The notes: generated by a model from the letters alone, not told the origin. Positions 38,281 to 52,663 are shown, counted from the stretch's first letter. The stretch: DNA of 64,000 nt from Malacoraja senta (GCA_038087875.1 JAXLNO010000599.1:62001-126000), one strand, 5' to 3'. Numbers and translations are program-made.

Positions 38281-39184
38281 GTGGAGTGAACTTAATTTTG
38301 AATCCTACAATGTTACATAGAATAAATGAATCATTTGTTATTGATTGCCATTTCTTTGAGGAAGAATCGTAACCTTCCCCCTATTTGTGAGTGTGAAACA
38401 TTTGTTGTGTTTCTTACCAGACCAAGCCCTCCTACCTCGGGGTTTGCCACCGGCAATTGTTGTCCCCTTCTAGTAGGCACATTGTAACCTCCACGTATCC
38501 TTGGTGCAGCACGTCAACGTGTATACGAGAATGATAGGCTTGTTCCTTCTCCTGCACCAGCATTTCGCCTGTAGGGATACTGCCTTTGCACCGCTCTGCT
38601 CAGCATAGCTTCTTTGCTAGATTTTCTCCAAAAAGCAGATTTTAGGCATTTGTATATTGGATGGTTTGCAGAGCCTGCATACTTAGGATGAATATTTGGT
38701 GTTATTGTATTTTCACGAATACAATTTATTTCAAAGTGCGCACTACACATGAGTGCTAAGGCATTTTGTTGTAAATCCGATATAAAATCTTCATCCAATA
38801 CCTCCATAGTTAATTCCTGGGGCTGATGGGAGAGTAGATAATTTATAGTCATAGCTATTTCCTTTCTCAAAGGTTCCTCTGTTACTGTGGGAACAGCAAA
38901 CTTTTGTGCCAACCTTGGAACATTTTAGCTCTGATAATGGACTCTGGTCCTGATATAAATCATCATTTGAATCTAGATATTCATCTTTATGTTGGGTAAT
39001 TTCTGGCTCCCCTGTTCCAGGTAAGTCTCTGCCAGATTCTGCGCGGGCTCTCTTGTAGGCCCACGGATAGGCAGCCCTGTTTCAGGTGCTGCTGGCGCTG
39101 GCTCAACTCTAGGCCAACGCTTCATAATGTTTTCTTTTGAAATTGTCGGTGCTGGCACATATGTACGGTTGTACTGTCTTTGCT

Positions 39185-39432
39185 CAGACATTCCTGGTAC
39201 TGGCTCTCCAGTAGGCCAGCACATATATTGCCTTTTTACGGGCATTCCTGGCACTGGCTCTCCTGTAGGCCAGCACATATATTGCCTTTTTGCGGGCATT
39301 TCTGGCACTGGCTCTCCTGTAGGCCAGCACATATATTGCCTTTTTTGCGGGCATTTCTGGCACTGGCTCTCCTGTAGGCCAACCACTGTAATAGCTTTGC
39401 ACAGGTATTCCTGATGGCTCTCCTGTAGGCCA
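39185..39432. repeat. ~57-bp tandem repeat (about 4 units) in the DIRS gag region
   Basis: Repeated GGCATT(C/T)CTGGCACTGGCTCTCCTGTAGGCCAGCACATATATTGCCTTTTT. Confidence 0.9.
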
Positions 39433-39464
39433 CCCTTGTGCCTGTCCCATCCAAGGCACACCCT

Positions 39465-39560
39465 GTGATGATCATATTGAATGGCGGTGCAGGCTCGAAG
39501 GGCCGAATGGCCTACTCCTGCACCTATTTTCTATGTATCTATGTATTCTATGTATGTATC
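39465..39560 (+). mobile_element. CR1 extreme 3' tail inserted in DIRS
   Basis: Reverse complement of about 2735-2812. Confidence 0.85.
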
Positions 39561-40304
39561 CTTTATTGGCCAACACCGACCGAAATCCTCATGTGGGAGT
39601 TCTTTGTAAATAATTTTTCCCCTCAGGAGCTCTAAGCTAGCGACCCTTGCAGCCATAATATTTTCTGCTTCAGGAGGGTATACCTCCGGGTCTGACTCAT
39701 CCGAGTCTACAGGTCGGGCCGACTTTTGTCCAGCCTTGCGCCCCGCCGTCGGCGGTTTAACAGCACATTCGACCACAACGGGAGTTAAATGGCTTTGATG
39801 CCACTGACTCCTCTGCCTGACGCCCGCTACCCTTAGAATCTGGGGGTTTACCTGCGGTGCGTCCCTGTCCTCTCCTTCCCCTACGCTCTTTTCCCATTGT
39901 AACTTATGTGGACCTCTACCAACACGTCTGAGCGGGAAGAAAAGCACCCTGTAAGTGAAAATGAAACCACTTACCTTCCGACTTTTACTTTAACTTTGCT
40001 TTTTACTCACCGGCTGGAGGAGCTCCTGCTCCTCCACACACGGTCATGAACGCTATGCGTCTGATCGATATGATGCGTGTGCGGCTGGACGGGGTCTTCT
40101 TCACGTAGTCACTCACGTGACTCCGAAGTAAAATTAGTTAGTTACCTAATTGTAGCTAATTACAAAATTCAATTACTAGATCTAAACATCTATCCATTTC
40201 TTAAGAAAAGGTTAACATTTTTAAATAGCCTAAGTGTCCAAATAACATTCACACAATAATTCACAATATTACATGATTTTTAAATCTCATTGTCATGAAT
40301 TTAT

Positions 40305-43300
40305 TATCAATATTTAAAACAACAAATGAATTTTTTTTTTGATACAAATGATACACCAGGTACTTCGCCTTCTTTATTATGGGAAACTTTTAAGGCATTT
40401 ATTAGAGGAATTATAATTTCATATCAAATTTTTCAAAATAAAAAGAATAAGACAGAACAAATGTTGTTAGAACAAGAAATTAGAAAATTAGAGTTAGATA
40501 ATGCTAAAGATTCCACTACAGATAAACATAATAAGATAATATTACTGAAATTTAAACTTAATCGAATTTTATCGGCAAGAGTAATAAGATTATTCCAAAT
40601 TACAAAACAGGAACATTTTGAGTTTGGTGACAAACCACATAACCTTTTAGCTCGTCAATTGAAAAAACAAGAAACAGAAAATACTATAACTAAAATTAAA
40701 TCAGACAAAGGTGAATTACTAATACTACCTAAAGATATTAATAACAGATTTTCTCAATTTTATCAAAATTTATATACATCTAAAACTAAAATAGAAGATA
40801 GTAAAAATTTTTTTTTTTTAGATAATTGTAATCTTCAAAAACTTGACCTTTTGGAACAAGAGGAACTTGGAGCTCAAATTACAATCGAAGAAATAGGTGA
40901 AACAATAAAATCGTTGAAAAATGGTAAGACCAGATGGATTTAGTAATGAATTTTATAAAAAATTTCATGAGATAACGACTCCTTATTTATTTAATTTATA
41001 TACTCACGCTTTTAAAGAAAATAAACTACCTGAAACATTAGCAGAATCAACTATTACGCTTATTCCAAAAAAAGATAAAGATTTAGATGATCCGGGCTCA
41101 TATAGAGCTATATCACTTTTAAATACAGACCAGAAAATTTTAGCAAAGACTTTAGCAAGGAGATTAAGCAAATATATTAGTAAATTGATAAACCCTGATC
41201 AAACGGGGTTTATACCCAAAAGATACTCATTTAATAATTTGACACGCCTGTTTAATATAATGTACTCACATAAAGTGGAGGAAGAAGATATATCAATTAT
41301 TTCTTTGGACGCAGAGAAAGCATTTGATCAGGTAGAATGGCAGTACTTATACAAAGTACTGCAAAAATTTAATATGGGAGAGAATTTTATTACATGGGTA
41401 AAATTATTATATGATAAACCGATGGCAAGAATATTAACTAATAATATGTTATCTCAAAAATTTCAATTATCAAAGGGTAATAGGCAGGGATGTGCGTTAT
41501 CACACCTGCTATTTGCCCTTATGATAGAACCTTTGGCTGAAAGTATAAGAATTCATCCGAATATTCAGGGCTATAATACTAGGGACTCAAATAATATAAT
41601 TTCATTATATGCAGATGATATACTGTTATATATTACAAAGTCACAAACAAGCATACCAAATTTATTAAATTTAATAGAGGAATCCGGGTCCTTTTCTGGA
41701 TATAGAATAAACTGGAATAAAAGTGAAATCATGACGTTAAAACCTCAAGAATCTACACACTTACTGAAGTTCCCCTTTAAAATTGCAACAGAAAAATTTA
41801 AATATTTGGGTATTCAGATTACTAAAAAATATAAAGCATTATTCAACGCTAATTTTATACCTTTATTAAATAAACGTAATATGCAGATTAAATTTTGGAA
41901 AAAACTTCCTTTATCATTAATAGGTAGAATAAATGCCATAAAATTGATCTCTCTACGACAATTATTATACCTATTTCAGTCTATACCAGTATATATACCA
42001 AAATACTTCTTTTTTTAAATTAGACTCTAATATTACTAATTTTATTTGGGATTATAGATCACATAGAATTAAAAAATAACACTTATGTAAACCAAAAGAT
42101 GTCGGGGGGCTTTCACTCCCGAATTTTTTTAATTATTACTGGGCAATGCATATTAAGAATATAATTTATTGGTTGGACAGTTCTACACAACAGACAGATA
42201 AAAATGGAGAAAGAGGATTGTTTTCCTTGTAATATAGGAACGATCCTCTTCTCCCCGAAAAAACGGAACAACACAATATATAAGAAGAACCCAATTATAC
42301 ATGATACAATAAGAATTTGGAAACAAATAAAATTATCCTTAAAATTAAGAAATTTATCATTGTTAATGCCAATAGCGAATAATCCTTTATTTAAACCATC
42401 TCTTATTGATAAAACATATAATCAATGGGAAAGTTTAGGAATTAAAAGGATCGGGGATATGTATGAAATGGGAAATCTATTATCATTCCAACAATTACAA
42501 TTAAAATTTAAATTGAAAAACAACCAATATTTTAAATATCTTCAGATTTGCGATTTCATGAAGAAATACATAGAAGGATATCAAAAAATAACTCCTGACT
42601 TATTGGAAGAAGCAATGATATTAAAGCTGACTCACAAAAATTGATATCATATTTATATAATAGTATTTTAGATATAGACCTACCATCGACAGAGGTATTT
42701 AGAGAAGAGTGGGAACAGGAATTAAAATTTTACATAGATTATATTATTCAAAAACAAGACTGAATAAATTCTATCCAAATATATCCCCCATTTGCGATAA
42801 ATGTTTATCCCAAAACGCAACTATAACACACTCTTTTGTTTCCTGCATAAAACTTTATAGATTTTGGAGTGATATTTTTGAAATATTTACAACATTATTT
42901 AAGATAAGAATGGAACCTAATACTGAAATGATTATATTTGAAGTAATGGAAGATGGGAATAAATTGAACTAATCTCAAAATTTATTTTAAAATTATGGAT
43001 TAATAATAGCAAAAAAATTAATACTTAAATTTTGGAAAAATACACCAATACCAACGCTTAAAATGTGGATCGCAAGCATGTTGGACACCGCACATCTTGA
43101 GGAAATGCGATTCCTCCTAATAGATAAATCAGACCAATTCATAACGAGTTGGTCTCCATTTGTCGTCTTTTTGGAATCATACGGTGCAACACAATTGTAA
43201 AAGCTAACTGTCTCAGGACTGGGCGAGGGATGGTCAAGATTATAAATAATGATCTCCTTACTCCTTTTTTTTAATTTTTTACTCTCTTTTTCCTATTTTC

Positions 43301-43539
43301 TTTTCTTCAACTTTCTTCTTTCATCCTTTTTTTTTTCTTTTTCGCACACTATATATCTCACGTTTTTCTATCCTTAATTATCTAATTTATTTTTCTTATT
43401 CTTCTTTATTATAATAAAAAAAATAGAAGCTGTACATAAAATGTATTATGAAAATATATATTAGGCACTTTGGTGTCATACGATTGTACTTACTTCTAAT
43501 AAAATAAAAATAAAAAAATAAAATAAAAAAAAATAAAAA
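40305..43539 (+). mobile_element. 5'-truncated L1-clade LINE (ORF2 pseudogene, poly-A tail)
   Basis: WETFKAFIRG, SYRAISLLNTD.KIL.K, SLDAEKAFD, G.RQGC.LS, LYADD and a CCHC-like C-terminus. TSD ATGAATTTAT at 40295-40304 and 43540-43549. Confidence 0.93.
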
Positions 43540-45394
43540 ATGAATTTATAGGCCAAATGGAAGGAATTTAATGTTTAATTCCCGTAAATTAATGGCCATT
43601 TAAATTATCTTGCGAGTGGGTTATTGTGGAACGCGATCGATTGGAACATTGCGGTTGCAGTGAATTGAAACCCCATGTCGGCAGGAAAAACACTGCCAGT
43701 TCATATGGGGCCAAAATCACATTTTCGCCAAGGAAATGTTGATTAAAGTCATCCTAAGAAGCAAGTTTATATGTAAAATACACGACTTACATTATGTTTT
43801 GTCCCCTACATGAGATCCATCCCATTGTCGGCGTTGACGGCGTTAGAAGTCGCTTTTTTATTTTACTCCAGCGATTAAATTGTCCCGCGATTTTTTCTTT
43901 TAACTTCTGAGAACGAAAGTCGGAACGATTATTCTGCAGCAGCTGGCAGGCCGAGAAAATATATCTCGGACAGGCAGGAGAAAACGGTATTTTAATCCTG
44001 CCCACCCCCCCTCAAAGGTGCCAAAGACGCGCACACGGCCAGTGGCAGAACTGCAGCGCCGCTGAAGGTAAATATTGTAACAGGCCTACATTCTGAGGTG
44101 GGAAGACCGCTATCCCAGTGCCAAAGAAAAGCAAGATCTCACAGCTTAACAATTAATGTTCAATGGCCTTGTCATCCACCTTCATGAAGTGCATTTAGAG
44201 GCTGGTAATGGAATGCAATAAATCCAGTCTACCAAGCAACATTTCCCCATTGCAGTTCACCTACCGCCATAACAGGTCCACAGCTGATACCATCTCCCTG
44301 GCCCTACACTCATCCTTGGAACACCTGGATGAGAGAGACGCCTACATCAGACTTCTTTCTATTCAGAGACTACAGCTCTGTGTTCAATACCATTATCCCA
44401 TTGAAGCTCATCTCCAAACTTATGAAACTTGAAGTCAGCACTCACATCTGCAACTAGATCCTTGACTTCCTGACCAACAGACCACGTTCAGTGAGGATAG
44501 GTGACAAATCATCCCTTGCGGTAATCCTCAACACTGGTGTCCGGAAAAGATGCGTTCTCACCCCCCTTCTTTACTCCTTATACACCCACGACAGTGCAGC
44601 TAAATACATATCCAACTTAATTTACAAATTCGCAGATGACACCAGTGTAGTGGGCCGGATATCAAATAATGACGGGACGGAGAACAGGAAGGAGATTCAG
44701 AACCTCGTAACCTGGTGTCAAGGCAACAACTTTGCGCTTAGTGCCAGCAAGACAAGAGATTGTGATTGACTTCAGGAAACAAAATGACACGCATAAATTG
44801 GCAATGACTTGTCGTGGATCAGCCAAGAAAGCACACACCAATGTTTAGGAAGTTCGGCATGTCCCCAACAACTCTCACCAATTCTACAGATGCGCAATGG
44901 AAAGCATTTTATCAGGATGCATCACAGCATGGTTTGGGAACAGCCAAGACCGCAAGAAATTGGAGAGAATTGTAGACCAACCCAGACCAACCCTTCCATT
45001 GACTCCATCTACACTTCACACTGCCTGGGCAAGGCAACCAGCATAATCGAGGATGAGTCTCACCCCTGTTCTCCCCTCTCCCATCAGGTAAATGGTACAG
45101 AAGAGTGAAAATGCATACCTTGGATTCAGGGACAGTTTCTTCCCAGCTGATATCAGGTTACAGAACCATCCTTTCACCAACTAGAGAGTGGTCCTGACCT
45201 ACCATCTATTTCATTGGAGACCTTCAGACTATCTTTAATTGGACTTTATCTGGTATTCAACGTTATTCCCTTTATTCTGTATCTCTACACTGTGGATGGC
45301 TTGATTATTATCATGTACACTCTTTCCGCTGACTGGATAGCATGCGACAAAAAAGTTTTCACTGTACCTCAGCATACGTAATAATAAACTAAGC

Positions 45395-46437
45395 AGTGTG
45401 GATTGATAACAACATCACCTCCTCACTGACCAGCAACACAGGTGCGCCTCAAGGATGTGTGCCAACCCCCTGCTCCAGCCTGTTCACACCCATGACTGTG
45501 CAGCTGAGCATTGGTTCAATGTCGTCGCCAACGGCACTATTGTGGTTGACCAAATACAGGCAGTAATGAGTCAGCATTCAGGGGAAGAGGTAAAGATAAA
45601 GAAGAATATAGGTCAAACGCGGGCACATGGGACTAGCTGAGATGGGGCATCTTGGTTGGCATGAACGAGTTGGGCCAAAGGGCATGTTTCCATGCGGTAT
45701 CACTCTTTCTGGTTGAATTGTGCCGCAACAACAAGTTCGCATTCAACACGGGTTGCTGGTGGTGAGAGTTGGTAGCTTCAAATTTCTGGACGTTGACATC
45801 TTCGATGACCTGTCCTGGGTCCAGCATGTAGATGTAATCATGAAGAAAACTCCCCAGCGCCTCTACATTCTTAGAAGTTTAAAGAGATCCGGCATGTCAC
45901 AGAGTAATAAACCTCTGTGGGTAAACTGTAAAAACTACCCTGATTGATTACGTCAGGTATAAAAATTCCAACACACATGAATGCAAGAGGCTGAAGAGAG
46001 TAGTGGATTTAGCCTAGCCCTTCCTTCCATCAGAAACATCTATATGAGGCATTGTATCAGGAAGGAATCGTCTACCATAAAGGATCCTCGCTATCTGGGT
46101 CACTGCTACCATCGGGCAGGAGATACAGAAGGCTGAAGTCATCACTAAGTTTAATATCTAATACTTTCCTACAACTATCGGGTTCTTGCAATCCTACCTT
46201 GACAATAGACCATTACAGAGAACTTATTTCTATTTCTGATTGGGTTTTGCACTAATGTCTTTTTTTTTGCAGGTTTTTTATTTTATTGCCTTGCGGATTT
46301 TTCGGTATAATTTATTATAATTTATATTTTTGTGTATTTGTCTCAGTCTAAGTGCCTGTGTGGCAACTCCAAGCAGGATTTTCATTGTACCTGTACCTTA
46401 CTATATGTATATTACAATAAACTCAGTTTGACTTGAA
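45395..46437 (+). mobile_element. Old Rex1/Babar fragment with nested CR1 tail (about 45610-45705)
   Basis: NTGAPQGC, SFKFL and QRLY.LR.LK remnants. Confidence 0.65.
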
Positions 46438-47964
46438 AATCATTCACTGGATATGAGATATCTTGGGTTGTGAAAGTTGCTATGTAAATGCAAGTTCTTC
46501 TAGTGTAAACGTGATATGGCTAATAACGATTTGTGCAATTTTTGTAACTGTTTCATAGTCATCTCAATTTTACATAATTCCTACTTCTGCCGCTGTGTGT
46601 TTCCCATTACCAGTCTCAGTCTGATTATAGCTTGCTCCCTACCTTTGTATCTCTGACTGATCTGAACTCTGTTCTGCTATTTTATCCTTGAAAAGGCAGG
46701 GAGCAAGCTGTAACTCAGGCCCTCACTGTTGCTCTTACACTGCTGAGAAGGCAGTACAGATCTACAGTATGTTGTAGTGAATGGGTGTTTTAGTCTGGTT
46801 TCCTCCCAAAGACACATTGGTAGGTTAATTTACTACTGTGGCTTTGGCCACAGTGAGGATGCGTATGTGCGGGAAGGAAATAAGTGGGAGGATGGGACCA
46901 AATTGAATGCTTGAAACGACAGTATAGACTTGGTTGGTTAACTTATCTCCTCTAGGTTGTAAATAAATACGAGAATTTGAATTTAAACAAGGGCTTGCCA
47001 TTTTGACTGCTTCTTTCACATCTTTCACTGCTTTCGCTAACTTTTTGTTCAATATCTTCGTGACTTAACACATGTGAACAATTTTCTATGCTGGGAGAGC
47101 AACATTTAATTTACTGTGACACAAATATTGTCCTCTGCACTAAGTACCAATAGATCAAAACTTTGGCAAGTTTTCAAATTCAAAAAAGAAGTGCTTCTGT
47201 TTTTAGACATTAAATGAGATAATTCCCACATATATCTTGTTTTTTTTGTAGCATTTCTTTGGAAAAAGAAATAAAAGGAATGCAGTTGCTTGAAACTTGC
47301 ACTGTCATGCCACTATGTGAATTCCAATACACTTTCATCACTCATTGTGTCTGACTCATTGTATTTGTTAATTATTAAATGTTATTAAATGTTTTTAAAT
47401 GCCAATACTAGAAATACAACTTAACATTGAAGTTTCATTTCTGTCCTGACACCCGCACGAATGTTAGGTCATACTTATCAGTACTGGCTGCTAGTGGTGG
47501 AACTGGCCCAGGATGACATTGCAGAAACCACTGAGCACCACCCCTCTGCTCCAGACTTGGTGCTGCTCTGGTGGACTTTGATTGTGCAATTTTCTGCAAA
47601 TCTCCCTGATTTCAGGCTTGGTAATATGCCTGTTGAATCTGGCCTGCGTTAAATCTGGCACAAGGAGAGCCGTCTCCATTCAAGTGAATGGAAGGCGTTT
47701 TGTATTCTTTAAAATTATTTATCTCAGTTAGTGTCAATGATTTTGATTGCTTGTTAATGCTGCAAGTGCTTTTTACTATTTTAAGTGGTAAAATGTTTTG
47801 AAATTTTTTAATTTTTAAACAATATTTTTTATATGAACTAAATGTATGGGAATATCGACACACAACATTAAATGGTCCAGGCTCTACCAGCTGCGCCACT
47901 GCATCACCGTTCTCTGCAAACCTTCCAGCTTATTGACATCCTTTATATAGGATGATCAAAAATG

Positions 47965-48545
47965 ACCACAATATTACAAATTTGGCTGAGCATCACAATA
48001 GAGATGAGTGCCACTGGTGGGTAGTCATTTAGGCATGTTACCTTGCTCTTCTTGGACACCAGTTTTATGGATGTCCTTTTAAACCAAGTAAGAACCTCAT
48101 ACTGTAGTAGTAAGCAGTTCAAAGATTCAAAGGTATTTTATTGTCATGTGTACCACATGAAACTCGATTTGAAGAATGTTTGTGAAAGCTCCAGCCAGTT
48201 GGTCCATGCAGGGTTTGAGCACGAGGCCAGTTACACCAACAGGATTGGACGTTTTCCAAGGGTTTACCTTCAAGAACAATCTTCTTATGTTAGCCTCGGA
48301 GACTGAGATTACTGGGTCTTTGGGGGCTGTGGGAGCCTGTGAAGTTACAGTTTTGTTCTCCCTTTCAAAGCAAGCAGAGAAAGCATTGTGCTTGACCAGG
48401 GGTGATGCACCAGACTCACCAGATCTACTCCACGAAGTGATGCTATGCAGGACCTGACACAATTTTGCATTTGCCTGAGCCTACAGCTTTGTCCGGAAGC
48501 ATCCCTTTGCATTCTTGATGGCTTTTTTACAGATTTACCTGGACG
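47965..48545 (-). mobile_element. Old Rex1/Babar-like fragments
   Basis: ORF 48127..48462 KVNPWK..PVGVTG.VLK.C.DQLAG.FT.I. Confidence 0.6.
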
Positions 48546-50084
48546 TCTTCTCTGACTTTTGGATAAGCACATGGATATGCAGGGAATGGCAGGATACGAA
48601 TAATGTGCAGGCAGACAAAGGTTGGTCTTGGCATTATATTCGGCACAGACATTATGGGGTGAAGGGCCTGCTCCTGTGGCGTATTGTTCTAAGTTCTATG
48701 ACTATGAATCGCCTGACTTGAATGCTGCAGATCTAGCCATCAGTAATTTGTGAATCTCCTCGTTCAGCCTTCTAGTCTGATAATATTTGTATGGTCTGGG
48801 TAGTAACACACACCTCCACACATTTCGTTATGAAGCCAATAATAATAATGCCACATTTGTTCAGGTCTGTTGTTGAGTCCTTGAACATTGCTTAGACTAT
48901 TGAGTTCTAGCAGTCATGAAGTCACTCCTTTGCTTCCCATGAGTAGCTCAGTATAATCGTCTTTGCCGGATCGCAGGGAGAAGGTGCAAAGCCAGGTGCT
49001 CCACAGAGAAACAGAAGAGTATTGATTAAAGGCATGGCCACTGAAGTAAAGCTGAATGTCAAACTTAATATTATTAAGGTTGGAACTAAAACGATGATGG
49101 TTAGACTTCCACTGAGAATCAATTACCAGTCAGAGTAAAGATCACAACAGATAGACAAAACACTGCAAGGAACTGCAAAGAGTTTGTATCAGTAGAATGT
49201 GATAGGAACGAGAGATCTGGAGGTGTGCTTTAGTACAAGAGTTGTTCAATTCGCAATCCCTAATACCTGGCAAGAAAAAAAAATGTTGTTACAGCACTGG
49301 AAGAGATTGAGGATGAAATTAAAAAGTGGAGCAGGACTGCTTTCACAGAATGCTGAAGGGAGAGGTCAGAACATGCATGTGCAAACACATTCATCTCAAA
49401 ATGACATTAGAGTGATGTTCAGGGAATGCTGAATATCTTAGAGATATTTGTAATCTGTTGACAGAAAGATTAAGGATACAAAATCTTACTATGTTTTATA
49501 TAAGAATAAATACAAAACTGTCACACCTTCAAAAAGATGGCAGGAAAAGTCCCAGTGATGGCACCATTTTCTATATCTAGTGCATGTACATTGCACAAAT
49601 ATGTAGGCTATAAAATGTAGCCTAACAACCTGCTCCAAATTTACTGCTGACTGAGGAACATTCATGGGTTGTTCCTTTATTGCCTATTATATAATCAACA
49701 TGGAAACACAGTCAAGATATAATTTGCAAATTCTATCTTGGTTATGTTTACATTTTAAAGATATTTATAGATACAACTTAAGAATTCAATATAGCTGGAT
49801 TTGCATGGTCACTTATTGATGCACAAGAATGGTTGAAGAATGGTCCATCGTTGTCATCAACAACCTTTCTCCTATTAAATCAGCAATAGATATTGCAAAT
49901 ATATTGTAAATAATTGATGTTCCAAGGTTATTTCCCTAAAGAATTGTGTCGTGTGAATATCTTTTCTCTGGGTTACAATGTTTATAGGAACTTCATGACA
50001 GAATCTCTGTCAGGGGGTCGTTTGAGCTTCTTGTGTTTCACGCCTCTTTGCACTCTTTCAAAATAATTAGTTTTTGAGAGATTG

Positions 50085-50382
50085 CATGGAAACAGGCCCT
50101 TCGGCTCACCAAGTCCACGCCGACCATTGATCAGCCCCTTCACAATAGATCTCTGTTAACCCGCTTACGCACCTAATCCCTATACCCTAGGGTGAATTTA
50201 CAAAGGCCAATTAACTCACACGTCTTTGGGATGTAGGAGAAACCCAGTGCATTTGGAGCAAACACACGCAATCACAGGGGAACCATGCAAACCCCACATA
50301 GAGAGCAGCTGAGGTCAGGATTGAACCCGGGACCCTGGTGCTGTGAGACAGCAGCTTTACCAGCTGTACCACAGTGCTGCCC
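50085..50382 (-). mobile_element. tRNA-derived SINE (HE1/V-SINE-like)
   Basis: Minus strand GGGCAGCACTGTGGTACAGCTGG (A box) and GGTTCAATCC (B box), then a CR1-like tail. A further head fragment lies at 50521-50612 (+). Confidence 0.8.
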
Positions 50383-52663
50383 ATAATTAGTTGGATGTTA
50401 GAAACATGCAAAAAACATTTACTCCACAATTTGTTGTGACATTCAACAATTGTGTCACAATGTTTTAAGAATGAAGAGTAAAATGCTGGCCTACCTATCC
50501 ATCACGTATACAGTATGCATGGGCAGCACAGTGGCACAGCGGTGGACGTGCTGCCATATAGCGCCAGAGACCTTGTTTTCATCCTGACCTGTACAGAGTT
50601 TGTATGTTCTAGACCGTGGGCCGAGGTAATAGATGGGCCAAGCCATGAACCAGATCGAAAACCCGGTGACGCTAAGCTGCATGAAGGATGGGTCTTGTCT
50701 GACCAGTCGACACGTCACAGAGAACCGTGGCACCAGCATTACCAAAACGCACATCCTCCAAAACCAAACCAGAAATAGTGGTGCGGTAGGCGAGCACCTC
50801 ATCATCGTCACGCTGCGCAGCCGCCAGTGCAGTATAATCAATATTCGGAGTCACCTCATGGATAGCATGGATGGCGGTGCGGGACAATGCATCCGCAGGC
50901 AGGTTGCTCTTCCCCGCAATGTGCCGGACGCAAGTTGAGTATTCCGACATGTAAGCCAAATGGTGCTGCTGCTGTGCTGACCAGGGATCCAAGATCTTTG
51001 CAAATGCGAAAGTAAGAGGCTTGTGATCCATGAAAGCAGTAAACTCCCTGCCCTCGAGAAAATATCGAAAATAGCGAACGGCCAGGTAAAGCGCAAGGAG
51101 CTATATCACTTCTAAATACGGATCAGAAAATCTTAGCAAAGATTCTAGCAAGAAGACTGAATAATTATATTAACAAATTGGTAAACCCGGATCAAACGGG
51201 ATTTATACCCAAAAGACAATCATTTAATAACTTGAGAAGGCTTTTCAATATAATGTACTCTCACAAAGAGGACATTGAAGATATTTCAGTCGTTACGCTG
51301 GATGCAGAGAAGGCATTTGATCAGGTAGAATGGCAGTATTTATATAAGGTACTCCAAAATTTTAATACGGGAGAGAATTTTATTAGATGGGTTAAACTAC
51401 TTTATGATAAAGCTACGGCAAGAATATTAACTAATAATATGTTATCTCCAAAAATTTATTTATCAAGGGGTAATAGGCAGGGTTGTGCCTTATCACCATT
51501 GCTATTTGCCCTTATGATAGAACCGCTGGCTGAAAGGATTAGAAATCATCCGAATATTTACGGATATACCACTAAGTACTCAAAGAATAAAATTTCATTA
51601 TATGCTGATGATATTCTTTTATATATTACTAATGCACAAACGAGTATCCCCACCTTATTAACACTAATTGAGGAATTTGGTTCTTTTTCAGGATATAGAA
51701 TAAATTGGAATAAAAGCAAAATTATGTCTTTAAAACCACAGGATGCGAGACACTTATTAAAATTCCCTTTCAAAATTGCAACAGAAAAATTCAAGTATTT
51801 AGGTATTCAAATTACGAGAAGACACAAATCATTATTTAGCACCAATTTTATGCCACTATTAAATAAACTGAATGTTATGATTAAATTTTGGAAAACGCTC
51901 CCACTCTCATTGATAGGTAGAATTAACGCTATAAAAATGACTTTCTTACCACAATTAATATATTTGTTTCAAGCGATCCTAATATATATTCCGAAATATT
52001 TTTTCAAAAAACTAGATTCTAATATCACTAATTTTATATGGGATTATAGAGCACACAGAATTCAACGAAAGCATTTGTGTAAACCTAAAGAAGTTGGGGG
52101 TTTATCACTACCTAACTTTACGTATTACTACTGGGCAGTGCATATTAAAAACATAATGTACTGGTTGGATAGTTCCACTCACCAGTCGGAGTGGATAAGA
52201 ATGGAGAAAGAGGAGTGTTTCCCGTACGATATAGGAACGATCTTGTTCTCACCGATAAAATTCAATAGTATAATATATAAGAAGAACCCAATTATTCACA
52301 ATACAATAAGAATTTGGAAACAAATAAAATTATCCTTGAAATTAAATAATCTATCAGTACTAACCCCAATATTGAACAATCCTGCATTCAAACCATCTCT
52401 TATCGACAAAACATATAAACAATGGGATAGACTGGGGATTAGGAAAGTAGGAGATATGTATGAATTGGGCAAATTGTTATCATTTCAACAATTAAAATTA
52501 AAATTTAAACTGAATGATAATCAATATTTTAAATATATACAGATATGTGACTTTATGAAGAAATATATACATAGATTTCAAACTATATTTTTAGACCCTT
52601 TAGAAGAAGCAATGAATATTAAGGCTGATTCACAAAAACGAATATCATATTTTTATAATAGTA

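Larger units (their letters stand above)
32101..40134 (-). mobile_element. Full-length decayed DIRS1-type tyrosine-recombinase retrotransposon
   Basis: Perfect 37-bp ITR core at 32174-32210 and 40071-40107; ICR at 32327-32439; AAT at both termini; gag, RT, RNase H, MT and YR remnants in order. Confidence 0.93.
31768..44088. mobile_element. Non-autonomous TIR DNA element (about 1.05 kb once nested insertions are removed)
   Basis: Imperfect TIRs TAGCAATGTTACAAAATTT / AAATATTGTAACAGGCCTA. Duplication CATTCTG at 31761-31767 and 44089-44095. Confidence 0.8.
31310..45392 (+). mobile_element. Decayed Rex1/Babar-like LINE split by a 12.3-kb nested insertion
   Basis: 5' part at 31310-31767 (VNPRK..G.D.....L..C.DQL..VF.DIFN). 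It resumes at 44089 with LQF.YRHNRST.D.I, CVLTPLLYSLYTHD and YKFADDT. Confidence 0.8.

Noticed and set aside
39185..39432. Regularly spaced repeats resembling a CRISPR array
   Set aside because: They are contiguous tandem units without unique spacers, inside a DIRS element in eukaryotic DNA, with no cas genes.
48960..49430. Very old Tigger/pogo transposase remnant
   Set aside because: The similarity is too faint and no TIRs were identified, so I cannot support it.
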